From positions 1 through 59,181 of IMG/VR virus record IMGVR_UViG_3300027906_000015: 59,181 nt of DNA; one strand, written 5' to 3'. The DNA comes from a virus. Lineage: Duplodnaviria; Caudoviricetes. The notes below the pieces were generated by a model. It saw nothing but the letters and a program-made list of their open reading frames with translations. It ran no database searches and was not told where the DNA came from. Positions 29,957-37,724 of this stretch are shown one piece after another. The translations under genes were made by a program, and so were the position numbers. The stretch's first letter is position 1; every line of letters begins with the position of its first letter.

Positions 29957-32161
29957 ATGAATCATAATAAAACAATCGCAAGGCTACTCGCAAAAGAGAA
30001 CCTAACTATCCAGCACGGTAACTATAAAACCGCTTGGTTTGATATTAAAAATAGAACCCTAGGTCTTCCTCTTTGGAAAGATATGGGAAAAGATACTTAT
30101 GACCTTTTTATAGGTCACGAGGTCGGTCACGCGCTATATACTCCATATGAAGGTTGGCATGATTCACCTGAGAAAATCGAAGGTGTACCAAGATCTTATA
30201 TGAATGTTATAGAAGATGCACGTATAGAAAAATTCGTACAAAGAGATTATCCAGGATTAGTTGGTTCTTTTAGAAGAGGATATGCTGATCTATTAGATAG
30301 AGAATTCTTTGGTGATATAGATGATTTAGATTATGAAAGAGTTAAGCTTATAGATAAGATAAACCTAAAAGCTAAGTTAGGTAATATGGTCGATGTACCA
30401 TTCAAACCTGAAGAGAAAGCTTTCTTTGATAGAGCATTTACTACTACTACATTCGAAGAGGTAGTTCAGCTTTGCAGAGATATCTTAGCTTATACCCAAG
30501 AAAATCAATCTGAGTTATTAGAGAAACCTGAGGACAACGGACCAGATCTTGAATTACCTGAAGATGGTGAACAAGAAATGGAAAATGATCCTACTAGCTC
30601 TGGTCATGATGATTATATGCCAGGAGAAGAAAATGAAGAAGAAAAAACTAACACATCTTCAAGTGAAACTTCTGATGAGGGAGAAAAAGAAGAATCAGGA
30701 TCTACCTCCAATTCTTCCGATGAAGAACCTACTGAAGAAGGCCAAGCAAAAGATAGTGAAGCTAGTACAGAGCCTGAAAAAGATGAAGATACTTCAATCA
30801 CTGATGAGATATTTAGAAGAGCAGAAAGAAACCTAATAGATGGTGATGAAATTCGAGGCCAAAGTCTTTATATGAGAGAACCTAATAAAGAGGCTAGAAA
30901 AGAGATACTAATATCCTATAAAGAACTAAAAGAATCCCGCGATAAAGCATGGAAGTGTTATGCTGGTGATGAAGATATGTATCAAACAGCTCTTGCAAAA
31001 CATAAATCTGAATATAAATCTTATTATAAAGAAGTTAAGAAAGCTTCAAATTATGCAGTGAAAGAATTCGAAATGAGAAAAGCTGCTTACCAATGGTCAA
31101 GAGCTCAAACTGCTAAATCAGGTTCTTTGGACGTGAATAAAGTTTGGTCTTATAAAACAAACGAAGATATATTTGCTAGAGTTACACATTTAGCTGATGC
31201 TAAGAATCATGGTATGATATTATTCATCGATTATTCTGGTTCTATGTGTTCTACTTTACATGATGTTATAGATCAACTTATTCATTTGGTTGTTTTCTGC
31301 AAAACAGTTAACATACCATTTGACGTATATGCTTTTACTACTGCTAGACAAGATAGAGATCTAAGCAAATTCAGAGATGGTGAAGTTGATATGACTGGGG
31401 TTAACTTACCTCTTTTAACTAGTTCTTCTTTAAATAAAAAAGACTTTGAGGAATCATTATTCGGTCTTTATATGAGAAAGGTAACTAATGAACAAAGATG
31501 GAATTGGGATGATCCATCTCAAATAAACGAATATGCAGTAACTGGTAAAGTAGAAGAACTTGGTTCTACTCCATTAAATGATGCTTTAATAATTGGTCAT
31601 AGATTGATCAAAGAATTTAAAGCTAAGCACGCAGTTCAAAAAATGAATTTGGTCGTATTATCTGATGGAGATTCAAATGGTCTTTATTCCTATACTGATC
31701 ACTCATTGAATGCTGAAAAAGTAAGAACATCATATAGTGGTTCAGTCTTAGAAATCGATGGGAAACAATTAAAACATGATGGCGGAAAAGGAAGAGATCT
31801 AACATCAGTACTTCTAAAAAATATCCAAAAAAGATATAATTGCAGAACCTTAGGTTTCTTTATTTCAGATAGTCACCATGATTGGAGATCAAAGATTTGG
31901 CAAGCTTATGATGGATTTAAAGATTTTAAAGAGGTCAATAAAGAATACAGAAAGTTCAAATGTGTTTCTATTGATAATACTTTAGGATATAGCAATTTCT
32001 ATATGGTAAAAGGACATGGTAATCTTTCAACAGATGCTGATGAGTTCAGTGCTACTAGTGAAGATTCTATAGCTAAGATTAGAACTTCGTTTAAAAAGTT
32101 CTCTTCTTCTAAGAAGAATAACAAGACGATTTTAACGAACTTTGGTAAGGCAGTAGCTTAA
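29957..32161 (+). CDS. CobT-like metallopeptidase / VWA protein
   Basis: HEVGH zinc motif, acidic linker, DYSGS MIDAS and LSDG; paired with an AAA ATPase. Confidence 0.8.
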   Translation: MNHNKTIARLLAKENLTIQHGNYKTAWFDIKNRTLGLPLWKDMGKDTYDLFIGHEVGHALYTPYEGWHDSPEKIEGVPRSYMNVIEDARIEKFVQRDYPGLVGSFRRGYADLLDREFFGDIDDLDYERVKLIDKINLKAKLGNMVDVPFKPEEKAFFDRAFTTTTFEEVVQLCRDILAYTQENQSELLEKPEDNGPDLELPEDGEQEMENDPTSSGHDDYMPGEENEEEKTNTSSSETSDEGEKEESGSTSNSSDEEPTEEGQAKDSEASTEPEKDEDTSITDEIFRRAERNLIDGDEIRGQSLYMREPNKEARKEILISYKELKESRDKAWKCYAGDEDMYQTALAKHKSEYKSYYKEVKKASNYAVKEFEMRKAAYQWSRAQTAKSGSLDVNKVWSYKTNEDIFARVTHLADAKNHGMILFIDYSGSMCSTLHDVIDQLIHLVVFCKTVNIPFDVYAFTTARQDRDLSKFRDGEVDMTGVNLPLLTSSSLNKKDFEESLFGLYMRKVTNEQRWNWDDPSQINEYAVTGKVEELGSTPLNDALIIGHRLIKEFKAKHAVQKMNLVVLSDGDSNGLYSYTDHSLNAEKVRTSYSGSVLEIDGKQLKHDGGKGRDLTSVLLKNIQKRYNCRTLGFFISDSHHDWRSKIWQAYDGFKDFKEVNKEYRKFKCVSIDNTLGYSNFYMVKGHGNLSTDADEFSATSEDSIAKIRTSFKKFSSSKKNNKTILTNFGKAVA

Positions 32162-32206
32162 TGGGTTATATCCTTATGAGAAAAAAGTATAAAAAAAGTT
32201 CAAAAA

Positions 32207-32240
32207 GGGGGTTTACAAAGGCCCAAAAGTGTGGTATAAT
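32207..32240 (+). promoter_or_regulatory. sigma70-like promoter
   Basis: GGGGG-TTTACA-17 nt-TATAAT with upstream A-tracts. Confidence 0.9.
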
Positions 32241-32279
32241 GGTACCCATATTCAATAAAACTGAGGAGTTAATTTAATT

Positions 32280-33458
32280 ATGAATGATATGAAAAAATCC
32301 ACCGAGATAATACTGGAAGAACTCGTAAAAAGAAATCCAGATTCAACTGAGTTTAAAACTCAACAAATCACTTCAACTGCTGCTGATCTAGGCTATAAAA
32401 AGTCTGATTACTTACCTTTGATAAACGGTGAGTTTAGATCTAGAGTTGGTTGGTATAACCTAGCACATTTGGTTGAACCTCTAAGACAGGAACAATCTAA
32501 TGTTCTTCCTTTACCAACACAAGCGGTAGCGATGGCACCACAATCAGTGGTTAATAAAGAAAGAACCTTCGCAGAAGTTGATTCAACTTTCGTAGCTTGG
32601 GGAGCTTACGCTGATATAATAAAAGTTATCAAATCAGAAATGTTTTATCCAGTTTATATATCTGGTCTTTCTGGTAATGGTAAAACCTTTATGGTCGAGC
32701 AAGCAGCTGCTAAGCTTAATAGAGAATTCATTAGAGTTCAAATCAATCCAGAAACGGATGAAGATGATTTACTTGGTGGATTTAGATTAGTTAATGGTGA
32801 AACAGTATTCGCCAAAGGTCCAGTACTAAAAGCAATGGAGAATGGAGCTATCCTTCTTCTTGATGAGATTGATAGAGCCACTAACAAGATCATGTGCTTA
32901 CAAGGTATCTTGGAAGGTAAACCAGTACTAGTTAAAAAGACTGGTGAGGTTGTTAAGCCAGCTAAAGGTTTCAATGTTATAGCTACTGCGAACACTAAAG
33001 GTAAAGGTTCCGATGATGGAAGATTTACAGCAGCTTCTATAATCGATGAAGCTTTCCTAGAAAGATTTACTATATCAGTAGATCAAAAGTTTGCTTCTCC
33101 ATCAGTTGAGAAGAAAATTCTTAATAAGCATTTTGATAAGTTCGGTGCTTCTGATCCTGAGTTTACAGATAAGCTTATTGATTGGGCTGATATTATTCGT
33201 AAAACATTCTACGATGATGGTGTTGATGAAGTTATTTCAACTAGAAGGCTTTGCCATATAGTTCAAACTTACTCTATCTTTAAAGATAGAATGAAAGCTA
33301 TCAACCTATGTATTAATAGATTCGATGATGATACAATCGAAGCTTTCTTAGATCTTTATACTAAGGTCGATTCTGGAGTTAATATGGATCTCGAAAATGA
33401 GCATCCAGATTATGATCCTGAAGAAAGAGCTAACGAGGAATATAATGACAAAATCTAA
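32280..33458 (+). CDS. CobS/MoxR-like AAA+ ATPase
   Basis: GLSGNGKT, LLLDEID, ATANTKG, ISTRRL. Confidence 0.85.
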   Translation: MNDMKKSTEIILEELVKRNPDSTEFKTQQITSTAADLGYKKSDYLPLINGEFRSRVGWYNLAHLVEPLRQEQSNVLPLPTQAVAMAPQSVVNKERTFAEVDSTFVAWGAYADIIKVIKSEMFYPVYISGLSGNGKTFMVEQAAAKLNREFIRVQINPETDEDDLLGGFRLVNGETVFAKGPVLKAMENGAILLLDEIDRATNKIMCLQGILEGKPVLVKKTGEVVKPAKGFNVIATANTKGKGSDDGRFTAASIIDEAFLERFTISVDQKFASPSVEKKILNKHFDKFGASDPEFTDKLIDWADIIRKTFYDDGVDEVISTRRLCHIVQTYSIFKDRMKAINLCINRFDDDTIEAFLDLYTKVDSGVNMDLENEHPDYDPEERANEEYNDKI

Positions 33459-33756
33459 AGAGGTCTATAGAATAGACTATAAGTTTAACGAAGGGGAGCT
33501 GGTAAGACAGCTCCGCGATTACATTGATAATACCTATGATTCACATTATAGCAAAAACAAATTCCAATCTACGGAATTTATTGTTGATTGTGGACATGGG
33601 ATAGGGTTTGCTATAGGTAATATTCTTAAATACGCACAGCGTTATGGAAGAAAAGGATTACCCGAAGATCATAGGTCTGATCTTATGAAAGTATTACACT
33701 ATGCGATTATTGCGTTATCAATTCATGATGAGGAAAATGATAATGCAAATAAGTAA
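33445..33756 (+). CDS. DUF3310/SaV-like small protein
   Basis: HY...GFAIGNILKYAQRYGRK...DLMKVLHY pattern; ATG 33445 follows GAGG. Confidence 0.7.
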   Translation: MTKSKEVYRIDYKFNEGELVRQLRDYIDNTYDSHYSKNKFQSTEFIVDCGHGIGFAIGNILKYAQRYGRKGLPEDHRSDLMKVLHYAIIALSIHDEENDNANK

Positions 33757-34414
33757 AGAAACGTTAGAAGTACTAAGCAACTTCGCCTCGATTAATCCTA
33801 ATATATTGATTAGTCCAGGTCAACAGCTTAAAACAATTGCTGAAGCCAAAAACATTATGGCATCAGCCGAGATTACTGAGGACTTTCCGCAGGAGTTTGG
33901 GATTTATGATTTACATGAATTCTTGTCTGTGCTTGGGTTAGTGGATGATCCCAACCTAGACTTTAGCGATGATAGCGTGAAGGTCCTTGGTTCAGGTGCC
34001 AATGTTAAATATTTCTATTCACAAAAAGAAATGTTAACTACACCTGAGAAAGAAATCAATATGCCAGATCCTGAACTATCGTTCAATATAACAATTGATC
34101 AAATGGATAGTTTACGCAGAGCATCATCAGTGTTAGCTCATGATGAGTTATTAATCACTGGTGTTGATGGAGTTATTAAAGCTGAGGTATATGATCCTCA
34201 GGATAAAACTTCAAATGTATTTAGTTTAACCTTAGATGAAACTAATGCTTGTACTAAGGCATTTAAATTCATCTTTAGTATACCAAATCTAAAGCTCTTT
34301 AAAGGAGATTACTATGTGAATATAAGTTCTAAGTTAATCTCATATTGGACAAATTCAGATTATCCAATAAATTATTTTATAGCTTTAGAGAACGGATCAC
34401 AGTTTGACGTATAA
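33743..34414 (+). CDS. gp45: Sliding clamp gp45
   Basis: TLEVLSNFASIN, FGIYDLHEFL, YFIALE. Confidence 0.92.
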   Translation: MQISKETLEVLSNFASINPNILISPGQQLKTIAEAKNIMASAEITEDFPQEFGIYDLHEFLSVLGLVDDPNLDFSDDSVKVLGSGANVKYFYSQKEMLTTPEKEINMPDPELSFNITIDQMDSLRRASSVLAHDELLITGVDGVIKAEVYDPQDKTSNVFSLTLDETNACTKAFKFIFSIPNLKLFKGDYYVNISSKLISYWTNSDYPINYFIALENGSQFDV

Positions 34415-34417
34415 ATA
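34410..34417 (+). promoter_or_regulatory. T4-type late promoter
   Basis: TATAAATA followed by a structured leader. Confidence 0.7.
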
Positions 34418-34510
34418 CATGTATAAGAATTTCTCATTTAATTATGAGGATAAGGTGGAAGGTGCGAATGATCGGCCTTCCGGAATTAGTCTACTTGCAA
34501 GGAGAAAAAA

Positions 34511-34762
34511 ATGACTGAAGAAGTAGTAAACCAAGAGCAAGGCCAAGCTCCAGGGTTATCCCTCCAAGACATCGCAACAGCCGTGCAGATTATTGATATC
34601 TGTTCGAGGCGTGGTGGATTCGAAGGTAACGAATTGGCTGCAGTTGGTGGCTTAAGAGAAAGATTTGTTTCTTTCGTTCAAGCTAACACAGCTAAAGATG
34701 GTGAAGCACCACAGGGCGAAGTCCCAGTTGCTGAAGCCGAAGAAGATTCAGTAGAATCTTAA
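34511..34762 (+). CDS. Hypothetical protein
   Basis: Strong SD (AAGGAG); LQDIATAVQIIDICSRRGGF. Confidence 0.7.
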   Translation: MTEEVVNQEQGQAPGLSLQDIATAVQIIDICSRRGGFEGNELAAVGGLRERFVSFVQANTAKDGEAPQGEVPVAEAEEDSVES

Positions 34763-34768
34763 TTGATC

Positions 34769-34795
34769 GGGGGAGTATATCTCCCCCACATTATT
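34769..34795 (+). terminator. Probable terminator hairpin
   Basis: GGGGGAG-tatat-CTCCCCC then AT-rich. Confidence 0.6.
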
Positions 34796-34809
34796 ATATA
34801 GGAAACATT

Positions 34810-35076
34810 ATGGAAACAAGTGAAAAGCACAGATTATTAACAGCCTTAAAGAAAGGCACGGTTACGGTCACCTTTCAAAAGATCGACACAGGCGAACTCA
34901 GAGTTATGCCTTGTACCCTCAACCCCGTAGTTCTAGAAGCTAATGAAGCTCCAATAAACTTCGATAAGATATCCGCAGATGATATGGAACATTTTCCAGT
35001 ATGGTCTTTGGATAAGAATCAATGGAGAAGTTTTAGATTAGATACTGTGAAAGGTTGGGAGGTTCTAGGTGAATGA
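34810..35076 (+). CDS. WYL-like / DUF2693 SH3-fold protein
   Basis: VTFQKIDTGELRVMPCTL...WRSFR. Confidence 0.7.
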   Translation: METSEKHRLLTALKKGTVTVTFQKIDTGELRVMPCTLNPVVLEANEAPINFDKISADDMEHFPVWSLDKNQWRSFRLDTVKGWEVLGE

Positions 35077-36010
35077 ATTTCTCTGGGTAGAAAAGTATAG
35101 ACCTCAGCTCATACAAGATTGTATATTACCTAATTCAATAAAGAAAACTTTCGAAGATATTGTTAACGGAGGTGAACTGCACAATATGCTTCTCACCGGC
35201 ACAGCCGGCACAGGTAAAACTACAATTGCAAAAGCACTTTGCTATGAGCTCGGTTTAGATTACTTAATGATTAACGGATCAGAAGAATCCGGAATTGATA
35301 CACTAAGAACAAAGATAAAACAATTCGCATCAAGCGTATCTCTTTCGGGTGGATACAAGGTGGTTATACTAGATGAAGCTGATTATCTAAACCCCCAGTC
35401 CACCCAACCTGCTCTCAGAGCATTCATGGAAGAATTCTCTTCGAATTGTAGATTCATTCTTACGTGTAATTTTAAGAATAGAATTATTGAACCACTACAT
35501 TCAAGATGTGCAGTGGTAGAATTTAATATCCCTAAAAAGGATATGCCAGAATTATGTATGGAATTCCTTGATAGGTGTTGTTACATTTTAAATTGTGAAG
35601 GACCAATTACATATGATAAAGAAGTTATAGCTGAATTAATATTGAAACACCAACCAGATTGGCGTAGGGTTATTAATGAATTACAAAGGCATTCAGCTTC
35701 AGGTAAAATTGAATCAAGTATATTAATACATCAGATAGCGGATTCAGCTATCGTAGATTTAATTACTTACCTTAAGACGAAGAACTTTAAAGCTATGAGA
35801 CAATGGGTAGCAGACAATATGGATGCTGAACCAGCTTCAATCTTTAGGAAGTTATATGATGCTATGAATGATAGGGTTGAACCTAAATCGATTCCACAAT
35901 TAGTATTAATATTAGCTGATTATCAATATAAGAATGCTTTTGTTGCAGATCATGAATTGAATATGGTTGCATGTTTAACAGAAGCTATGACACAGGTACA
36001 ATTTAAATGA
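35069..36010 (+). CDS. gp44: Clamp loader large subunit gp44
   Basis: LWVEKYRP, GTAGTGKT, ILDEAD, PLHSRC. Confidence 0.95.
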   Translation: MNEFLWVEKYRPQLIQDCILPNSIKKTFEDIVNGGELHNMLLTGTAGTGKTTIAKALCYELGLDYLMINGSEESGIDTLRTKIKQFASSVSLSGGYKVVILDEADYLNPQSTQPALRAFMEEFSSNCRFILTCNFKNRIIEPLHSRCAVVEFNIPKKDMPELCMEFLDRCCYILNCEGPITYDKEVIAELILKHQPDWRRVINELQRHSASGKIESSILIHQIADSAIVDLITYLKTKNFKAMRQWVADNMDAEPASIFRKLYDAMNDRVEPKSIPQLVLILADYQYKNAFVADHELNMVACLTEAMTQVQFK

Positions 36011-36180
36011 AACAAGACGATACAGTAAAGATATTAGAAAAGAATGTAAGAGATCTACAAAGCCAATTAGTAGAATGCCATAAGAGGGTTGCAGAACTAA
36101 ATGATATGGTTAATAAATTACATAAACTTAATACTGAACAACAAGCACAATTGAGTTATTATAAGAATGAATCCATTTGA
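36007..36180 (+). CDS. Small coiled-coil hypothetical protein (57 aa)
   Basis: Read manually; ATGA overlap with gp44 and overlap with gp62. Confidence 0.6.
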   Translation: MKQDDTVKILEKNVRDLQSQLVECHKRVAELNDMVNKLHKLNTEQQAQLSYYKNESI

Positions 36181-36556
36181 GTATGTAAAAGCAATCAATA
36201 CCACCAAGAAAGATATAATGGTGGATGATATAGCTGAGAAAGATTACAATGCTTTTATGGTGAACAGATCTTTATCTAATTTCCAAGATACTATATTATA
36301 TGCAAATCTAATGAACCAATATCATCATCTAGATGCGCGTCTTCAATTTGATTTTTTCATAAATACTATAAAGAAGAAAAATAGATTCTCTAAATGGTTA
36401 AAACCGCTCAATTATGAGAACTTAGAGATAATAAAGGAATATTATGGGTATAGCAATGAGAAAGCTAAATCCGTTTTATCATTACTAAATAATAATCAAA
36501 TTGAAGATTTGAAGAGAAGGATTTATAAAGGTGGAAGAACAAAACAAACCAGTTAA
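36167..36556 (+). CDS. gp62: Clamp loader small subunit gp62
   Basis: YNAFMVNRSLS, RFSKW, EYYGYSNEKA. Confidence 0.9.
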   Translation: MNPFEYVKAINTTKKDIMVDDIAEKDYNAFMVNRSLSNFQDTILYANLMNQYHHLDARLQFDFFINTIKKKNRFSKWLKPLNYENLEIIKEYYGYSNEKAKSVLSLLNNNQIEDLKRRIYKGGRTKQTS

Positions 36557-36959
36557 CGATTGGGTTCCTGCGGACATGCTGGAAATCACATTAAACGAAC
36601 CCGATGACTTTCTTAAGGTAAGAGAGACATTGACAAGAATAGGAGTAGCTTCTAGAAAAGATAATAAGCTATTTCAATCATGTCATATCTTACATAAACA
36701 AGGACGTTATTTCATAGTACATTTCAAAGAATTATTCTTATTAGATGGGAAACCTTCCAATCTAGTGGAGAATGATGTGCAGCGTAGGAATACTATCGCT
36801 ACACTATTAGCTGATTGGGGATTAGTTACAATTATTAATCCTGAGTTAGCAAAGGATATAGCACCACTTCGTCAGGTTAAGGTAATATCTTACAAAGACA
36901 AACATATGTGGGAACTATGTCCAAAATATAATATAGGTAATTCTCAAAGTAAAGAGTAA
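36531..36959 (+). CDS. regA: Translational repressor RegA
   Basis: DDFLKVRETLTRIG, CHILHKQGRYFIVHFKELF. Confidence 0.95.
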   Translation: MEEQNKPVNDWVPADMLEITLNEPDDFLKVRETLTRIGVASRKDNKLFQSCHILHKQGRYFIVHFKELFLLDGKPSNLVENDVQRRNTIATLLADWGLVTIINPELAKDIAPLRQVKVISYKDKHMWELCPKYNIGNSQSKE

Positions 36960-36964
36960 TTACG

Positions 36965-36972
36965 TATAAATA
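36965..36972 (+). promoter_or_regulatory. T4-type late promoter (hsp20)
   Basis: TATAAATA. Confidence 0.7.
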
Positions 36973-36980
36973 TATACTGA

Positions 36981-37033
36981 GGAACGCCGAGGGTCGGGTT
37001 CCCAATAACCTTGCTATTTAATAGGAGGAAATG
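36981..37033 (+). promoter_or_regulatory. ROSE-like RNA thermometer leader
   Basis: CCUUGCUAU pairs with AUAGGAGG (SD) leaving a bulged G; preceded by a second hairpin. Confidence 0.65.
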
Positions 37034-37489
37034 AAAATGGTAAGAAACACAATGAACGTACCACGTTCACTATTCGTAGGCTTTGATAGTCTATTCGATG
37101 AGTTGGAGAGAATTCATTCTTCAGCTAGATCAAACGATAACTATCCACCACATAATGTGGTTAAGATCGATGAGGAGAAGTTCCTAATTGAGTTAGCTTT
37201 AGCTGGCTTCAAGAAAGAAGACATTCACGTTGAAGTTAAAGATGGTATTCTTAAGATCAAAGGCGAAATGAGTAATGACGATCGTGAGTTCGTATACAAA
37301 GGTATTTCATCCCGCAAATTTGAGAAGAGCTTCCGCCTCTCAGAGTTCTGCGTAATAGATGGTGCCGATTTCGAGGATGGTATACTCGTAGTTTACGCTA
37401 GAGTAGAACTTCCAAAAGAAAGGCGTCCAAGGAAGATCGATATAGGATCTACTGGGGCATCAACAAAGAAATCATTTAATATAAAATGA
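37031..37489 (+). CDS. hsp20: Small heat shock protein (Hsp20/IbpA-like)
   Basis: NYPPHN, IELALAGF, KGISSRKF, DGIL. Confidence 0.93.
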   Translation: MKMVRNTMNVPRSLFVGFDSLFDELERIHSSARSNDNYPPHNVVKIDEEKFLIELALAGFKKEDIHVEVKDGILKIKGEMSNDDREFVYKGISSRKFEKSFRLSEFCVIDGADFEDGILVVYARVELPKERRPRKIDIGSTGASTKKSFNIK

Positions 37490-37541
37490 TGAATTAGAGA
37501 AACCTAGTAGAAAAGTTTAACTTATTTACTAGGAGATTGAA

Positions 37542-37658
37542 ATGGGCTACATTAGAAAGCACAAGCAATCAATTAGATCCGGTTTCGAATTCATCTTAAT
37601 CCTTACCCTAACTATAGGGGTAGGACCAGGATTATTATTCTTAGCTGGACTTAATTAA
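37542..37658 (+). CDS. Small single-TM peptide (38 aa, MGYIRKHKQSIRSGFEFILILTLTIGVGPGLLFLAGLN)
   Basis: AGGAG SD; basic N-terminus then a hydrophobic helix; read manually. Confidence 0.55.
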   Translation: MGYIRKHKQSIRSGFEFILILTLTIGVGPGLLFLAGLN

Positions 37659-37682
37659 TATCAGTGAACCCCTAAGAAATTA

Positions 37683-37715
37683 GGGGTTTACATTTGACTT
37701 GAACTATGGTATAAT
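37683..37715 (+). promoter_or_regulatory. sigma70-like promoter (gp43), overlapping a hairpin
   Basis: GGGG-TTTACA-17 nt-TATAAT; AACCCCTAA-gaaa-TTAGGGGTT hairpin overlaps the -35. Confidence 0.85.
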
Positions 37716-37724
37716 AGACACATT

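Noticed and set aside
29957-33458. CobT/CobS pair as cobalamin-biosynthesis auxiliary genes
   Set aside because: The motifs indicate a generic MoxR AAA+/VWA chaperone pair common in T4-like phages; no other cob genes are present
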